Assembly: GCA_001822815.1 (NCBI GenBank)
Contig: MHSR01000008.1
Location: 49,602 to 113,601, forward strand
Direction: 5' to 3'
DNA length: 64,000 nt
Source of the DNA: Candidatus Terrybacteria bacterium RIFCSPHIGHO2_01_FULL_43_35
Lineage (GTDB): Bacteria; Patescibacteriota; Minisyncoccia; Terrybacterales; GWB1-40-14
Below, in pieces: positions 44,881 through 54,660 of the stretch (the stretch's first letter is position 1; each line of letters opens with the position of its first letter). The notes under the pieces are model-generated. The model did no database searches, was not told where the DNA came from, and was given only the letters and a program-made list of their open reading frames with translations. Both the position numbers and the translations under genes were made by a program.

Positions 44881-46019
44881 AAGAGCTCAAATTTAAATTG
44901 CATGACGATATCAAGACCCTAGAGGATCCGCAATTTGGTTATATACGTGCTGGTTTGCCCAGGTTCGGTGCATTATTCGGCAGAGATGCCTGCATAGTTT
45001 CTTGGGAATTGATAAATTATGAATCTTCGATTGCCAGACGCGCCATTGATATACTTGCAAGGATGCAGGGCAAGGAGATTAATATCCTGCGCGAAGAAGA
45101 GCCGGGTAAGATCATCCATGAATGGCATCCTAACCCGGCCGAATATAAAGATCTGCCATGGCCGCTACCGTATTATGGGTCGGTAGATTCGACCCCTATT
45201 TTTATTTTTCTTTGCGGTTTTTATTACAATAAGACTTTAGATATTCAGTGGCTGCATACTTATTGGCCTAATATTATTTCAGCCATTGAATGGTGTGTTA
45301 AATACGGAGATTTCGACGGTGATATTTTGCTTGAATACGAAAGGAAAAATCCCCAAGGCCTCTTAAACCAAGGCTGGAAGGATAGCGATGAAAGCCTAAA
45401 TCTTCAAGCCCCAATCGCGCTTATAGAAGTACAGGGTTATTATTACGCCGCTCTTTACTCGGCGAGTGAACTCGCTTTAAAGTTAAATGATAGATTGCTT
45501 GCGGATAATTTGATAAACCGTGCCGCCAAACTCAAAGCAAACTGCTTAAAAACTTTTTGGATGCCAGACAAGAATTTTTTTGCGACCGCTGTGTCTGCTG
45601 ACAAAAAACCTGCCGATGCCATTACTTCTAATCCGGGCCACCTTCTTTTCTCCGGTATTTTGGACGGAAACGAAGACAAGATAAACGCTTTGGTAAAGCG
45701 GTTGTTTCGTGATGATATGTGGACGCTGTGGGGCATACGCACGCACGCCACATCAAACAAAGATTTTGACCCCATGAGTTATCATCTAGGTTCTGTTTGG
45801 CCGCATGATAACTGGATAATCGCCCAGGGGTTGAAGCGTTATGGATTCAACGAAGAGTACGGCCGCATAAAAAATGCTATGCTGAATGCATACGAAGCCC
45901 TGGGAGGAATACCCGAGCTATATGCCGTATCCGGAAACAATATTGTCAGTATTCCGCGCGCCTGTACGACGCAAGCATGGGCAAGCGGCGCTCTTCTTAA
46001 TTTCATTTTAGAATCATGA
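44856..46019 (+). CDS. (alpha/alpha)6-barrel glycoside hydrolase, GDE_C/GH63-like (amylo-alpha-1,6-glucosidase family)
   Basis: 'FGALFGRDACIVSWEL' resembles the glycogen-debranching GDE_C motif, followed by a helical barrel; 387 aa. The true start may lie downstream of 44856. Confidence 0.5.
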   Translation: MPKRSSKIEELKFKLHDDIKTLEDPQFGYIRAGLPRFGALFGRDACIVSWELINYESSIARRAIDILARMQGKEINILREEEPGKIIHEWHPNPAEYKDLPWPLPYYGSVDSTPIFIFLCGFYYNKTLDIQWLHTYWPNIISAIEWCVKYGDFDGDILLEYERKNPQGLLNQGWKDSDESLNLQAPIALIEVQGYYYAALYSASELALKLNDRLLADNLINRAAKLKANCLKTFWMPDKNFFATAVSADKKPADAITSNPGHLLFSGILDGNEDKINALVKRLFRDDMWTLWGIRTHATSNKDFDPMSYHLGSVWPHDNWIIAQGLKRYGFNEEYGRIKNAMLNAYEALGGIPELYAVSGNNIVSIPRACTTQAWASGALLNFILES

Positions 46020-46180
46020 ACAAAATGCGTATTGCCACAATGGTTACGGGTCATTACACCACTCCACCGCCTTTCGGCGTGATCTATGCCCTTTATGGAT
46101 ATTGCGATTGAAGTAAGTGAAGGTTTGGCCACGCGTGGACACGAAATAACTTTTTTGGGCCGATAGGCCTCGCAACTTAA
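46020..46180 (+). pseudogene. Frameshifted N-terminal fragment of a GT4/GT5-type glycosyltransferase
   Basis: 'MNKMRIATMVTGHYTTPPPFGVIYA' then a frameshift. The next frame reads 'DIAIEVSEGLATRGHEITFLGR*'. This is a typical GT-B N-terminus broken in two. Confidence 0.4.
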
Positions 46181-46389
46181 AGGAGTACATGTAGAATCTG
46201 GCGGTTTGGTGCCCCTACGCAATGACGGCGAATTGCCTATACTAAAAAGCGATAAAGCCGGACCGATTGAGCGCGACAAGATATTCACTTTATGGGATCA
46301 ATATCTGCTTGGACTAGCCTATAAAGGGGCTGCCGAAGGCAGGTTTGATATATATTTTGCCCGATAGCGATACTGGTTACTACTGGACG

Positions 46390-46616
46390 AATGGAATTCT
46401 TCTCGGGAGCACGTTAAAGAAGTAATACTTCTTAACGACAAACACAGTTTCATCCATAAAGCAGTTGGCTGGATGCTGCGCGAAGTGGGGAATAAATCTT
46501 TGCCAGCCGAGAAGAATTTTTTGAAGAAAAATGCGGCCATTATGCCTCGTACAATGTTACGATACGCAATCGAGAAATTCCCCGAGAAAAAGCGCAGAAA
46601 CAAAGAATTTCTATGA
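46390..46616 (+). pseudogene. C-terminal fragment of a DNA alkylation repair (AlkC/AlkD-like HEAT-repeat) protein
   Basis: '...[50 protein letters not shown]' matches the conserved C-terminus of the DNA_alkylation family; no N-terminal part is present. Confidence 0.45.
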
Positions 46617-48071
46617 ATTGCTCATTTTTTCGTATAACTGCGCGTATTTGCCGGCCGAAGCGTTCCAGGAGAAATCTTGCGATGCGGCGCTTGCTTGCAT
46701 CTGGCGCCACGTAGTTTTCTTTTGCTTAAACGTATTTGCGGCGCGAGCTATAGTTTTGACCAAAGCGACGGATGAATAATCTTCAAAAGAAAATCCCATT
46801 TTTCCGTCTTGTACCGTGTCTCTGAGGCCGCCTGTCGCGCGCACTATCGGCAATGTGCCATAACGCATTGCTATCATTTGACCCAAACCGCAGGGTTCAA
46901 AGCGGGATGGCATTAAAAAAGCATCGCTTCCCGCATATATTTTATGGGCGAGAGCGGCATCGAATTTATTAATAAACGATAGTTGTTCCGGAAAACGATT
47001 TTGCAGAGCAGCTAATTGGCCGGCGTATTCTCTATTGCCGGAAGCAAGGATAATAAGTTGTATATTTTTGTCGTTAAACAGTTTATCAATGGCGGCATTT
47101 ATGATATCAAAGCCTTTTTGTTCAGCCAATCTTGAGACCACGCCCATCAAAAACGCATCTTTTTTGTTGGGCAAATGCATCTTTGTTTGCAGGTCCTCTT
47201 TGTTAAGAATCTTTTTATCCAGTGTTTTATTATCGTAGGTAGCGATTATATCTTTATCATTTTGCGGATTCCACTCCGTCGTATTTATACCATTTAAAAT
47301 GCCGCTAAAATTTTCAGCACGTTCTGCAAGGGCCCAATCAAGTCCTGCGCCATATGCGGGTAAAATAATTTCATCGCGATAGCTTGGACTGACGGTGTTT
47401 ATGAAATCAGCATAAAATATCGCATTCAAAAGCAAGTTCACGGTATTATCGGGGCGTACGGCCTCAGGATGCAATCGTGAGAAATTTTCACCGAGCGCGT
47501 CTTTGACCAGGGCGGTTTCATATACGCCTTGATATGCAAGATTATGAATGGTCAATAAAAATTTTGGGGAAGAACCATTTCTTTCAAAACACGAAGGAAT
47601 GAATCCCACGTGCCAATCATTTATATGTATCACGTCCGGGATAAGTTCTAATTTATCAAGAAGTTTTGGCACAAAAAGCGAGAATGAATTGAAGCGACCA
47701 AATTCTGTTTCTGTTCCGCCAGATGACGCGTCAAGTTCAATATATATGCCGCCTGAGCTTATCAGATTTTTTTCTTCTATTAAATAAAGCGGTACATCAG
47801 AATCAGGAAGATGTCCCTCAAATACCGATGCGCTCAACCCATCTTTTTTCCACGGAATTTCGATACTTCCCTCAAGACGTTTTAGGTTCCAGGTTTGTTC
47901 AGAAATAATGGAATACTTTGGCATTATTACGCGGACATCAATACCTAATCTACGTAAGGCTATCGGCAAAGAGCCAGCCACGTCGGCTAAGCCGCCTACC
48001 TTGGCTAACGGTGAAACCTCAGCGGAAACCAATATAACAAGAAGTTTTTTCATAAGCGTTTTATTAGCCAT
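46611..48071 (-). CDS. glgA: Glycogen/starch synthase (GT5)
   Basis: '[32 protein letters not shown]' KxGGL motif and C-terminal '[33 protein letters not shown]'. Confidence 0.85.
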   Translation of the reverse strand: MANKTLMKKLLVILVSAEVSPLAKVGGLADVAGSLPIALRRLGIDVRVIMPKYSIISEQTWNLKRLEGSIEIPWKKDGLSASVFEGHLPDSDVPLYLIEEKNLISSGGIYIELDASSGGTETEFGRFNSFSLFVPKLLDKLELIPDVIHINDWHVGFIPSCFERNGSSPKFLLTIHNLAYQGVYETALVKDALGENFSRLHPEAVRPDNTVNLLLNAIFYADFINTVSPSYRDEIILPAYGAGLDWALAERAENFSGILNGINTTEWNPQNDKDIIATYDNKTLDKKILNKEDLQTKMHLPNKKDAFLMGVVSRLAEQKGFDIINAAIDKLFNDKNIQLIILASGNREYAGQLAALQNRFPEQLSFINKFDAALAHKIYAGSDAFLMPSRFEPCGLGQMIAMRYGTLPIVRATGGLRDTVQDGKMGFSFEDYSSVALVKTIARAANTFKQKKTTWRQMQASAASQDFSWNASAGKYAQLYEKMSNS

Positions 48072-49042
48072 TTAATACGCTGCTTATCGTTATATGGATC
48101 GCCCCAGACAAGAAGGTTGGTTATGGCGGCGATGCGGTAATAGTTCTCGATCATCTTTATATTCTCAAGCTCTTTAGCAGATAAGGGTTTTACGTTTTTG
48201 TTCCAGGCAACTAAGATATCATTTTTTATCTTTAGTCGTTGTCGATTAGATATGTTCAGTTTCGGATAACTTTCTATTTGCGATAATAGTCCGGCTAAGT
48301 CCCAATAGCGGGGAGCAAGGGTCGCACGATCAAAATCAATGAGAGTAAGCTGTTCGCAATCAACATAAATATTTTTTGGGTTCATGTCGCCGTGAGCAAA
48401 GTAAAAATTTTTGCGAGCAATGTCAGGCCAAGACTTTTTCCAGACAAGCCACGCATCAATGGCGGGTTTTACCCGAAATCCATATTTCTTTTTGGCAAGA
48501 TCCAGATCACGTTCCAGCCAAAATAAATTATTATTTCTCAGAAAGAACAGATCGCGTTTCGACAATTTTTCAAAATTATGTAACACCAAAATTATTTTCT
48601 TCAACAATTGGGGCGGAATAGTACCATATTTATTTATTGTCTGAACCAAGGAACTGCCTTTTGCGTATGAGGTCAATAAAAAATTCCTGTTTTTGTCCAC
48701 AAGATACGGTTTTGGAATGTTTATATTTAATTTTTTATGCGTAGCAATATATCGTAAGGTCAAATACTCGTGCCAGCTGTTATTATTTGGTCGCGCTAAG
48801 CCAACTAAGCGCACCTTTTTGTTCGATGAAATTATATCGTAGAAAGCCACAAAAGATAACGTTTTCGGATCATGATTATTCTTAATTATTTTTATGCGAA
48901 TGTGCGCCCCATCAACATGAACGCCAGCGCTTTTTAATTCTTGGCGATGACGGATAAAAAAACGTCTTGCCTCGGGCGTTTCAAGCAGGGCAAACATTAA
49001 TGTATGTCGCGGCCTCAAACTGATCTTTCTGTGTTTAGTCAT
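48050..49042 (-). CDS. APH/choline-kinase-fold phosphotransferase (possible sugar kinase or maltokinase-like)
   Basis: 'FAHGDMNPKNIYVD' (HGDxxxxN catalytic loop) and 'LIDFDRA' (DFD/DxD); overlaps the glgA start, so probably co-transcribed. Confidence 0.55.
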   Translation of the reverse strand: MTKHRKISLRPRHTLMFALLETPEARRFFIRHRQELKSAGVHVDGAHIRIKIIKNNHDPKTLSFVAFYDIISSNKKVRLVGLARPNNNSWHEYLTLRYIATHKKLNINIPKPYLVDKNRNFLLTSYAKGSSLVQTINKYGTIPPQLLKKIILVLHNFEKLSKRDLFFLRNNNLFWLERDLDLAKKKYGFRVKPAIDAWLVWKKSWPDIARKNFYFAHGDMNPKNIYVDCEQLTLIDFDRATLAPRYWDLAGLLSQIESYPKLNISNRQRLKIKNDILVAWNKNVKPLSAKELENIKMIENYYRIAAITNLLVWGDPYNDKQRIKWLIKRL

Positions 49043-49046
49043 GTTT

Positions 49047-50537
49047 TTATATATCGCGCTGTTCAGGCTGACCAGGCTTGATTTTTTTGTATTGCTCTTT
49101 GTAGCTATCCATGAGTTCGCGCAATTGCCAGTCGGCTACTTCTGCGCGCAGCAGATCGGTCGCGTGTATGGCATCATAAATGTCATTTTTATTCTCAAGC
49201 TTCCATACCGCATCCCGCCAAAGAACGGCCTTTTCAAATTCTTGGTTTCCGGACGCCTCTTTCATTTTTCGCTTCATCATTTCTATAAAAGCGTCGTAAA
49301 CCTCGGGCCTGCCCGCATCCGCGGTTCTTTCCTTAAAAGGTATTCTTGCGCTTTCACGGTAATCCAGCGCCAGTTTTTTGATATATCCTGTGCGCTGCCA
49401 CTCAAAAGCCGTGTTTATAATATCCTGATAAAATCGTTCGCCGTCTTTAAGGTCGGGTTCGTTTATATCCGGCACTGCTTTTAAGGTTTCAAGCAGGCGC
49501 CATGCGCCCCGTTCAACCATTTCAATTGACCACCACGGTTTCCCCGAAGCCCACCAAAAATGATCGGAAGCTATAGCTTCATCCATTTTTGAACGAGCTT
49601 CTTCACACTTTGTGCCGCGCGCCTCGCAGGTCTCAACGCGCGAGAGGACAAAATTCAAGAATTCCCATTGTAGCGCGTGTATAGCGTTTTCCGGGTCTTT
49701 CCACGAGCGGAATTGTTTTCCTTCTTCAAGATCTTTCTCGGTGGACGACCAGGTTGAGTCGTGGGGAGCGCAAATTTCATTTTGTGGAAAGTATTTTGGT
49801 ATTTCAGAAATAGTAATATGTTTGAAAGATTCATCCCGCCATATTTCGAACAGGAGCCGTTCAAGCCCCGGTCTGTGGTGGCCAAATGTCTCACCATCCA
49901 TAGCCGTCAGAAGGTACCGATTTTTTTGTTCTCCTTTATTTAATGCTTCGGTCAGGGAACTGGCAGAGCGAACTACCGCGCTCATTATTAAATTTGAAGT
50001 TCGGCGTTCGCGGAAAAACAATTTAAGATTGGAATGTTGTTCGTGTATAAAGAAATTATCATACGATAGAGAATCAACTTTTCCATGCGCTGTTATCTCA
50101 TCCAAGAGCATCCACTCATAGCCAAGTTCGGTCACGACTTCGGCTACCTGCTTATTGTAGGCCATTTCGGGCGAAAAAAACCCCTTAGGTTCATAAATAT
50201 CGCCGAATATTCTTTTGTTCGTTTCATGATTAAGCTTGATCTGCCTCACGATCTCTTTCTTAGGTATTAACGGAAGAAAGGCGTGGAATTTAGCACTTTC
50301 AGTGAACTCAATTTGTTTTTCCGCCGCAAGTTTTTTAATGTTCTCTATAACGTCATTGTATTCGTATTTGGCTAAAAGCTCTGCCAAAACAGCGTTTATG
50401 TTCAGTGTTACGCGCGCGCGTTTTATATCAAGCAAGCCGTTAATTATAGGTCGATAACTCTCGTTGACGACACGTTGCAGAATATCTGGCATTTGCTGCG
50501 CCGGCTGGTAAATGTGTAGAAAATTGGCCCAGTACAT
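49047..50537 (-). CDS. Glycoside hydrolase family 57 protein (alpha-glucan branching/amylase-like)
   Basis: N-terminal 'ANFLHIYQP' (GH57 hxHxxQP), 'LTAMDGETFGHH' (DGE motif) and 'HFWWASG'; 496 aa. Confidence 0.7.
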   Translation of the reverse strand: MYWANFLHIYQPAQQMPDILQRVVNESYRPIINGLLDIKRARVTLNINAVLAELLAKYEYNDVIENIKKLAAEKQIEFTESAKFHAFLPLIPKKEIVRQIKLNHETNKRIFGDIYEPKGFFSPEMAYNKQVAEVVTELGYEWMLLDEITAHGKVDSLSYDNFFIHEQHSNLKLFFRERRTSNLIMSAVVRSASSLTEALNKGEQKNRYLLTAMDGETFGHHRPGLERLLFEIWRDESFKHITISEIPKYFPQNEICAPHDSTWSSTEKDLEEGKQFRSWKDPENAIHALQWEFLNFVLSRVETCEARGTKCEEARSKMDEAIASDHFWWASGKPWWSIEMVERGAWRLLETLKAVPDINEPDLKDGERFYQDIINTAFEWQRTGYIKKLALDYRESARIPFKERTADAGRPEVYDAFIEMMKRKMKEASGNQEFEKAVLWRDAVWKLENKNDIYDAIHATDLLRAEVADWQLRELMDSYKEQYKKIKPGQPEQRDI

Positions 50538-50547
50538 AAAAATATGA

Positions 50548-52011
50548 TTACTTTTCGCTTTTGTGTTTCCGTAATGCTCGCTTGAATAATGAAACGTATT
50601 TTTTGGCAGGCAATTCCCAAGAGTAAACTTCGCTCATCGAGGTCTTTATTAAATTATTCCACATAACGCCGTTTCGTTTTAGATTCTCAAGGGCTCGTAC
50701 TATGGCAGTGAGTATAGCGCGAGAGTCATATGAAGTGAATACAAAACCATTACCTTTTCCGGTCTTTGGATTGAAGTCCGTGACCGTATCGGAAAGCCCT
50801 CCCACGCCATGAACTATTGGTATTGAGCCGTATCGTAAGCTTAGTAATTGTCCGAGGCCGCATGGCTCAAAACGGGAAGGCATCAGAAAAAAATTCGAGC
50901 CAGAATAGACCAAGGTTTCATATCTTTGATCATAAGAGCGATAGCCAAATTTTTTAGGATATTTTTTATGCGCTTGGCCGAACGTATCCTCGTATCTTTT
51001 ATCACCGCTGCCCATTATTACCAGTTGAAGATCAAGTTTCATTAGCGCGGGTAATATTTCTATTAGAAGATCAAAGCCCTTTTGTTCGGTTATTCGTGAG
51101 ACCATTCCGATCAGCGGTTTTGTAGGATTACGTTCAATGTCGAAATATTCTTGTAAGGCAAGTTTGTTTTTCCTATTGCGGTCAAAAGTATCGATATTAT
51201 ATTTTATAGGTAAGCCGGGGTCGGTTTCTGGATTATACTCGTTATAATCAATGCCGTTAATTATGCCAAAAATATCACGGCGCCGGTCTTTTAGTTGTCG
51301 TTCAAGATTTTCACCGAAGCGTTTGGTCATTATTTCTTGCGCGTAATGTTCAGAAACGGTCGATATCAGGTCGGCGCATAAAATACCCCTCAAGGTGAAA
51401 TTAAGGTTCTTTATTCTGGCCTCATCGGTAAAATCTGGCAGTGGCGATATGCCGTTGTCGCGTTCCTTTTCGGGAATGAGCCACCAGTCGCTACCAAGCT
51501 GGAAGGCTAAGTTGTGGATGGTAAAAACAGTGGCTGGATTCTTTATATTTTTGCCGGCGTGAATAAGGCATGGCAGAAGGCCGGTATGCCAGTCGTGGCA
51601 TTGTATAATATCCGGATTGAAACCCAATTCTTTTAAAGTTTGAATTACCGCGAAGTTGAAAAACAAAAACCTTTTGTTATCAAAAGGTGAGCCGTAAATT
51701 ACGGGTATTTCAGAAAAAAACGAAGGTTTGTCAATGAAGTAGACTTTAACGCCTTCATTCAATGTGCCTTCGTATACATCCGCAGCTAGTTCGGTTTTTT
51801 GGACGGCGAAAGGCATATTTTTAATGACCAGTTTTAATCCCCGTGTATTTTCCGCTATTTTTTTATAAAAAGGAGTTATAATTATTACATTATGGCCGAG
51901 TTTAGCAAGAGCTTGCGGGAGATTATTCGCAACTATACCAAGCCCTCCGGTCTTTACAAAAGGGGACAGTTCCGCGGTAACGCTTACTATATTTAGATTT
52001 TTTGTGGGCAT
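50548..52011 (-). CDS. glgA: Glycogen/starch synthase (GT5), second paralog
   Basis: 'IVSVTAELSPFVKTGGLGIVANNLPQAL' and '[33 protein letters not shown]'. Confidence 0.85.
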   Translation of the reverse strand: MPTKNLNIVSVTAELSPFVKTGGLGIVANNLPQALAKLGHNVIIITPFYKKIAENTRGLKLVIKNMPFAVQKTELAADVYEGTLNEGVKVYFIDKPSFFSEIPVIYGSPFDNKRFLFFNFAVIQTLKELGFNPDIIQCHDWHTGLLPCLIHAGKNIKNPATVFTIHNLAFQLGSDWWLIPEKERDNGISPLPDFTDEARIKNLNFTLRGILCADLISTVSEHYAQEIMTKRFGENLERQLKDRRRDIFGIINGIDYNEYNPETDPGLPIKYNIDTFDRNRKNKLALQEYFDIERNPTKPLIGMVSRITEQKGFDLLIEILPALMKLDLQLVIMGSGDKRYEDTFGQAHKKYPKKFGYRSYDQRYETLVYSGSNFFLMPSRFEPCGLGQLLSLRYGSIPIVHGVGGLSDTVTDFNPKTGKGNGFVFTSYDSRAILTAIVRALENLKRNGVMWNNLIKTSMSEVYSWELPAKKYVSLFKRALRKHKSEK

Positions 52012-52179
52012 AAAAAAAGCGAACCGTTTTTGTTCATTTTAGTATTATATCACAATCTATAAAAATATTTTTTGCTTGTTTGGCCTGTATGTATTTTATC
52101 GTTGTTGTGTCCGTTTTGCAATTTGCCAAAATGATCCCATTACATAAAAAGCCACACGCATATAAGCTAAACCAAAAAA

Positions 52180-52215
52180 AGAAATAAACCTCCTTATAAC
52201 GGAGGTTTTTGTTCA
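52180..52215. terminator. Bidirectional terminator hairpin (cctccttataacggagg) flanked by A-run and T-run
   Basis: 'aaaaaaagaaataaacctccttataacggaggtttttgttc'. Confidence 0.45.
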
Positions 52216-52595
52216 ATAGTTTCGAATGAGGCGACAGGATGTATTTCTATCCAGCTATGTTTGGTGTTTAAAACGCAGCTCCCGACAACTCTGACGTGCG
52301 ACCCGCGAGGCGGGATATCGATAGTTTGTCTGAAATTCCCGCAGGTATTTTTCGCTTCTTCTTGGTCGGTTTCGCGCTGGCGCATCGGCTCAACTATTAG
52401 CAATCAGTATGGCATTGAAGTGCTATAATGGATGTGCTTGTTGATGTCATGAGCGCATTGGTGGCCATCAAGCGAAGCGATGTCCGCGCGCATGTGGATA
52501 TAAATTTCAGCATGAGTCATATGGTATATGGTTATGAATCAGCGTTTTCTCGTTTGATTGGCGATAAAAAATTAGCCGTATAACCTTTAGTTTTT

Positions 52596-52922
52596 ATGCA
52601 AATGCTCAATAAACTTTCTGTCAAAACAATCGGTTTTCTGCAAGCCACGTGTCTTGTCGTTTATGTTTCTGTTGTTGCGTTGGCTATGCACTATTTATCG
52701 CAAAACACGATTTTTATAAGCCAGATTTTATCAATAATAATTTTTCTGCTGGTTTTTGTTATTTCGGCTCTTATTTCATCTTCAATTATCTTGGGTTATC
52801 CCTTAATAATGTTTTTTAACGGCAAAAAAGAAGAAGCTGTAAGAATTGTTTTATGGAGCATAGTTTGGTTGGTAATTTTTGCGGCTGTTTTTATTCTAAT
52901 AGGATTAATCTGGCTTACATGA
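52596..52922 (+). CDS. Hypothetical small membrane protein (3 TM)
   Basis: 108 aa, hydrophobic throughout; overlaps the start of the downstream methyltransferase. Confidence 0.35.
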   Translation: MQMLNKLSVKTIGFLQATCLVVYVSVVALAMHYLSQNTIFISQILSIIIFLLVFVISALISSSIILGYPLIMFFNGKKEEAVRIVLWSIVWLVIFAAVFILIGLIWLT

Positions 52923-53545
52923 AAAGTCCTCTTTACAGTAATTCGTATATTTATACCCTCGGTTTGATATTGCTGCATAAGGGTACGTTTTTCAGGCGTT
53001 ACAGGCACATGGCTGCTTATGTTCACGATAACGAGAGCGTTTTGGAACCAGGCTGCGGACCGGCGATTTTTGCCAAGTTTTTGCCCAAAAGCGTTGCCTA
53101 TCGCGGTTTCGATGCCAACGGGTCATTTATTGATCATGCCGCCCAAAAAGGGTTAAACGTAGTTTTGGGTAATGCTCTTGACCCAGCAAGTTATAGCCCA
53201 GCCGATGTAGTGATGTTATGCGATGTTTTGCATCATTTACCCCCAAGCGAAAGACAAAAATGCATTGCATTTTGTTGGCAGGCCGCCAAGCGCTTGCTGA
53301 TAATTTGTGAAGAAGGCCGGCCCGATTCTTCGGCCGGGGGACCATTTTACTGGATTAATAAAAAATGGTGTGAATTCATAGAAAAAGATGGCACCAACAA
53401 TCCTAAATTTGAAGAAGTTTGGACTAAAGGAGCCTTGAGGGAGTATATGGAAAAAGGATTTGACGTGGTGCCGTCATCAACCCAAAACAAAATAAAAGAA
53501 GTCGGTGAAGACCTTATCATTACATATTCCAAAGGAAGATGGTAA
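52919..53545 (+). CDS. Class I SAM-dependent methyltransferase
   Basis: 'VLEPGCGPAIFAKF' motif I (GxGxG), 'YRGFDAN' acidic motif II and 'VVMLCDVLHHL' motif III. Internal ATG of listed ORF 52853. Confidence 0.65.
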   Translation: MKSPLYSNSYIYTLGLILLHKGTFFRRYRHMAAYVHDNESVLEPGCGPAIFAKFLPKSVAYRGFDANGSFIDHAAQKGLNVVLGNALDPASYSPADVVMLCDVLHHLPPSERQKCIAFCWQAAKRLLIICEEGRPDSSAGGPFYWINKKWCEFIEKDGTNNPKFEEVWTKGALREYMEKGFDVVPSSTQNKIKEVGEDLIITYSKGRW

Positions 53546-53657
53546 GGTCATATTGTTTCTGCGCTTTTAAAAATAAGTTTATATACTCCGACCCAGTGAT
53601 CGAACTCAATATAGCTATTGATACGGGTATAAGATAATGCTTTTCTTATAAACGATA

Positions 53658-53697
53658 AACGGCTGTTTATAACACCAGCCGTTTTTGTTTACAATAT
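53658..53697 (+). terminator. Rho-independent terminator after the methyltransferase (acggctg...cagccgt + ttttt)
   Basis: 7-bp stem, 10-nt loop and T-run. Confidence 0.5.
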
Positions 53698-53702
53698 GGC
53701 TT

Positions 53703-54149
53703 ATGCGTGATATTGCAAAGATAAGATCATTGAAAACTAGTAAAATGGATGTTGAGATGAGTAAGCCAATAGAGGCAATTCCGGAAGTTCTTTTTCTATC
53801 TACGGGCGAGTTCGGGATTATCACTACATCTTCGGAAGAACTTTTTGTACGACTATTCTTGGTGCCGGTTTCACCTCCTTTTGAAGTTAATAAACTTATA
53901 ACTCTGGCCGCTGATCAAGACGAAAAAGATGATTATGAAGCAGTTGTTAGGGCCGAATATATAGAACAAAATGATAGCGATATGCGCTACGTTTTGCTTG
54001 ATATAAAAATAGATGGCAAATCAACTACTTATTTACTGCCCAAGACGGATCTTATTGATGTTTTAGCGGATAATGAAGATTCGGATTTCGTCTTTGACCG
54101 TGTTCATACTGGCTTTCGCTGGAATTCTGACCAAAAGCAGTTTGAATAA
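53703..54149 (+). CDS. Hypothetical acidic protein
   Basis: The listed ORF's TTG start lies inside the upstream terminator, so the first ATG after it is used here. No motifs seen. Confidence 0.3.
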   Translation: MRDIAKIRSLKTSKMDVEMSKPIEAIPEVLFLSTGEFGIITTSSEELFVRLFLVPVSPPFEVNKLITLAADQDEKDDYEAVVRAEYIEQNDSDMRYVLLDIKIDGKSTTYLLPKTDLIDVLADNEDSDFVFDRVHTGFRWNSDQKQFE

Positions 54150-54181
54150 ATTTAAATAAAAAACAGCTTTCATAGCTGTTT

Positions 54182-54601
54182 TTAGTTTGGAGGTTTATTA
54201 TCGAGAGGCGTAGGCAGACCTAAGGATTCAAGACTATATAAGATTTTTTCCTGAAGCCAAGACGGCAGATTATTTAATCTCATTTTCCAGCACATTATTT
54301 CAAATGATTTTTCAAAACTATAAGCCTGCAATGCTCCGGCGTTTTGATACGAAAATGATCTGTCGGTATTACTGAAATCAAAATAGGCTACAGTAATTCC
54401 TACGTATTCCGTTTCACCCCAATAGCAAAGCAACCAATACTTTTTGTGTTTTAACACAGCGCGTAGGCGTAAAATACCAGTAGCAGTATCGTATTTGTTT
54501 ACTAACGCTATTTTGTTACCATCTTCTGAATACAACTCGGGGCGCAAATTGTCATCTGGAAGCGTGTTTAGAATTTCGTATTCAAAAATATGTTTTTCCA
54601 T
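54182..54601 (-). CDS. Hypothetical protein (139 aa, aromatic-rich)
   Basis: Clean ORF convergent with the upstream gene, with a bidirectional hairpin 'aaaaacagctttcatagctgttttt' between them. Confidence 0.4.
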   Translation of the reverse strand: MEKHIFEYEILNTLPDDNLRPELYSEDGNKIALVNKYDTATGILRLRAVLKHKKYWLLCYWGETEYVGITVAYFDFSNTDRSFSYQNAGALQAYSFEKSFEIMCWKMRLNNLPSWLQEKILYSLESLGLPTPLDNKPPN

Positions 54602-54660
54602 TTATCTCTCAAGGTGCGTTGATGTTATCCTATAATTATTCATTGTTTAGGTCAAAAATT

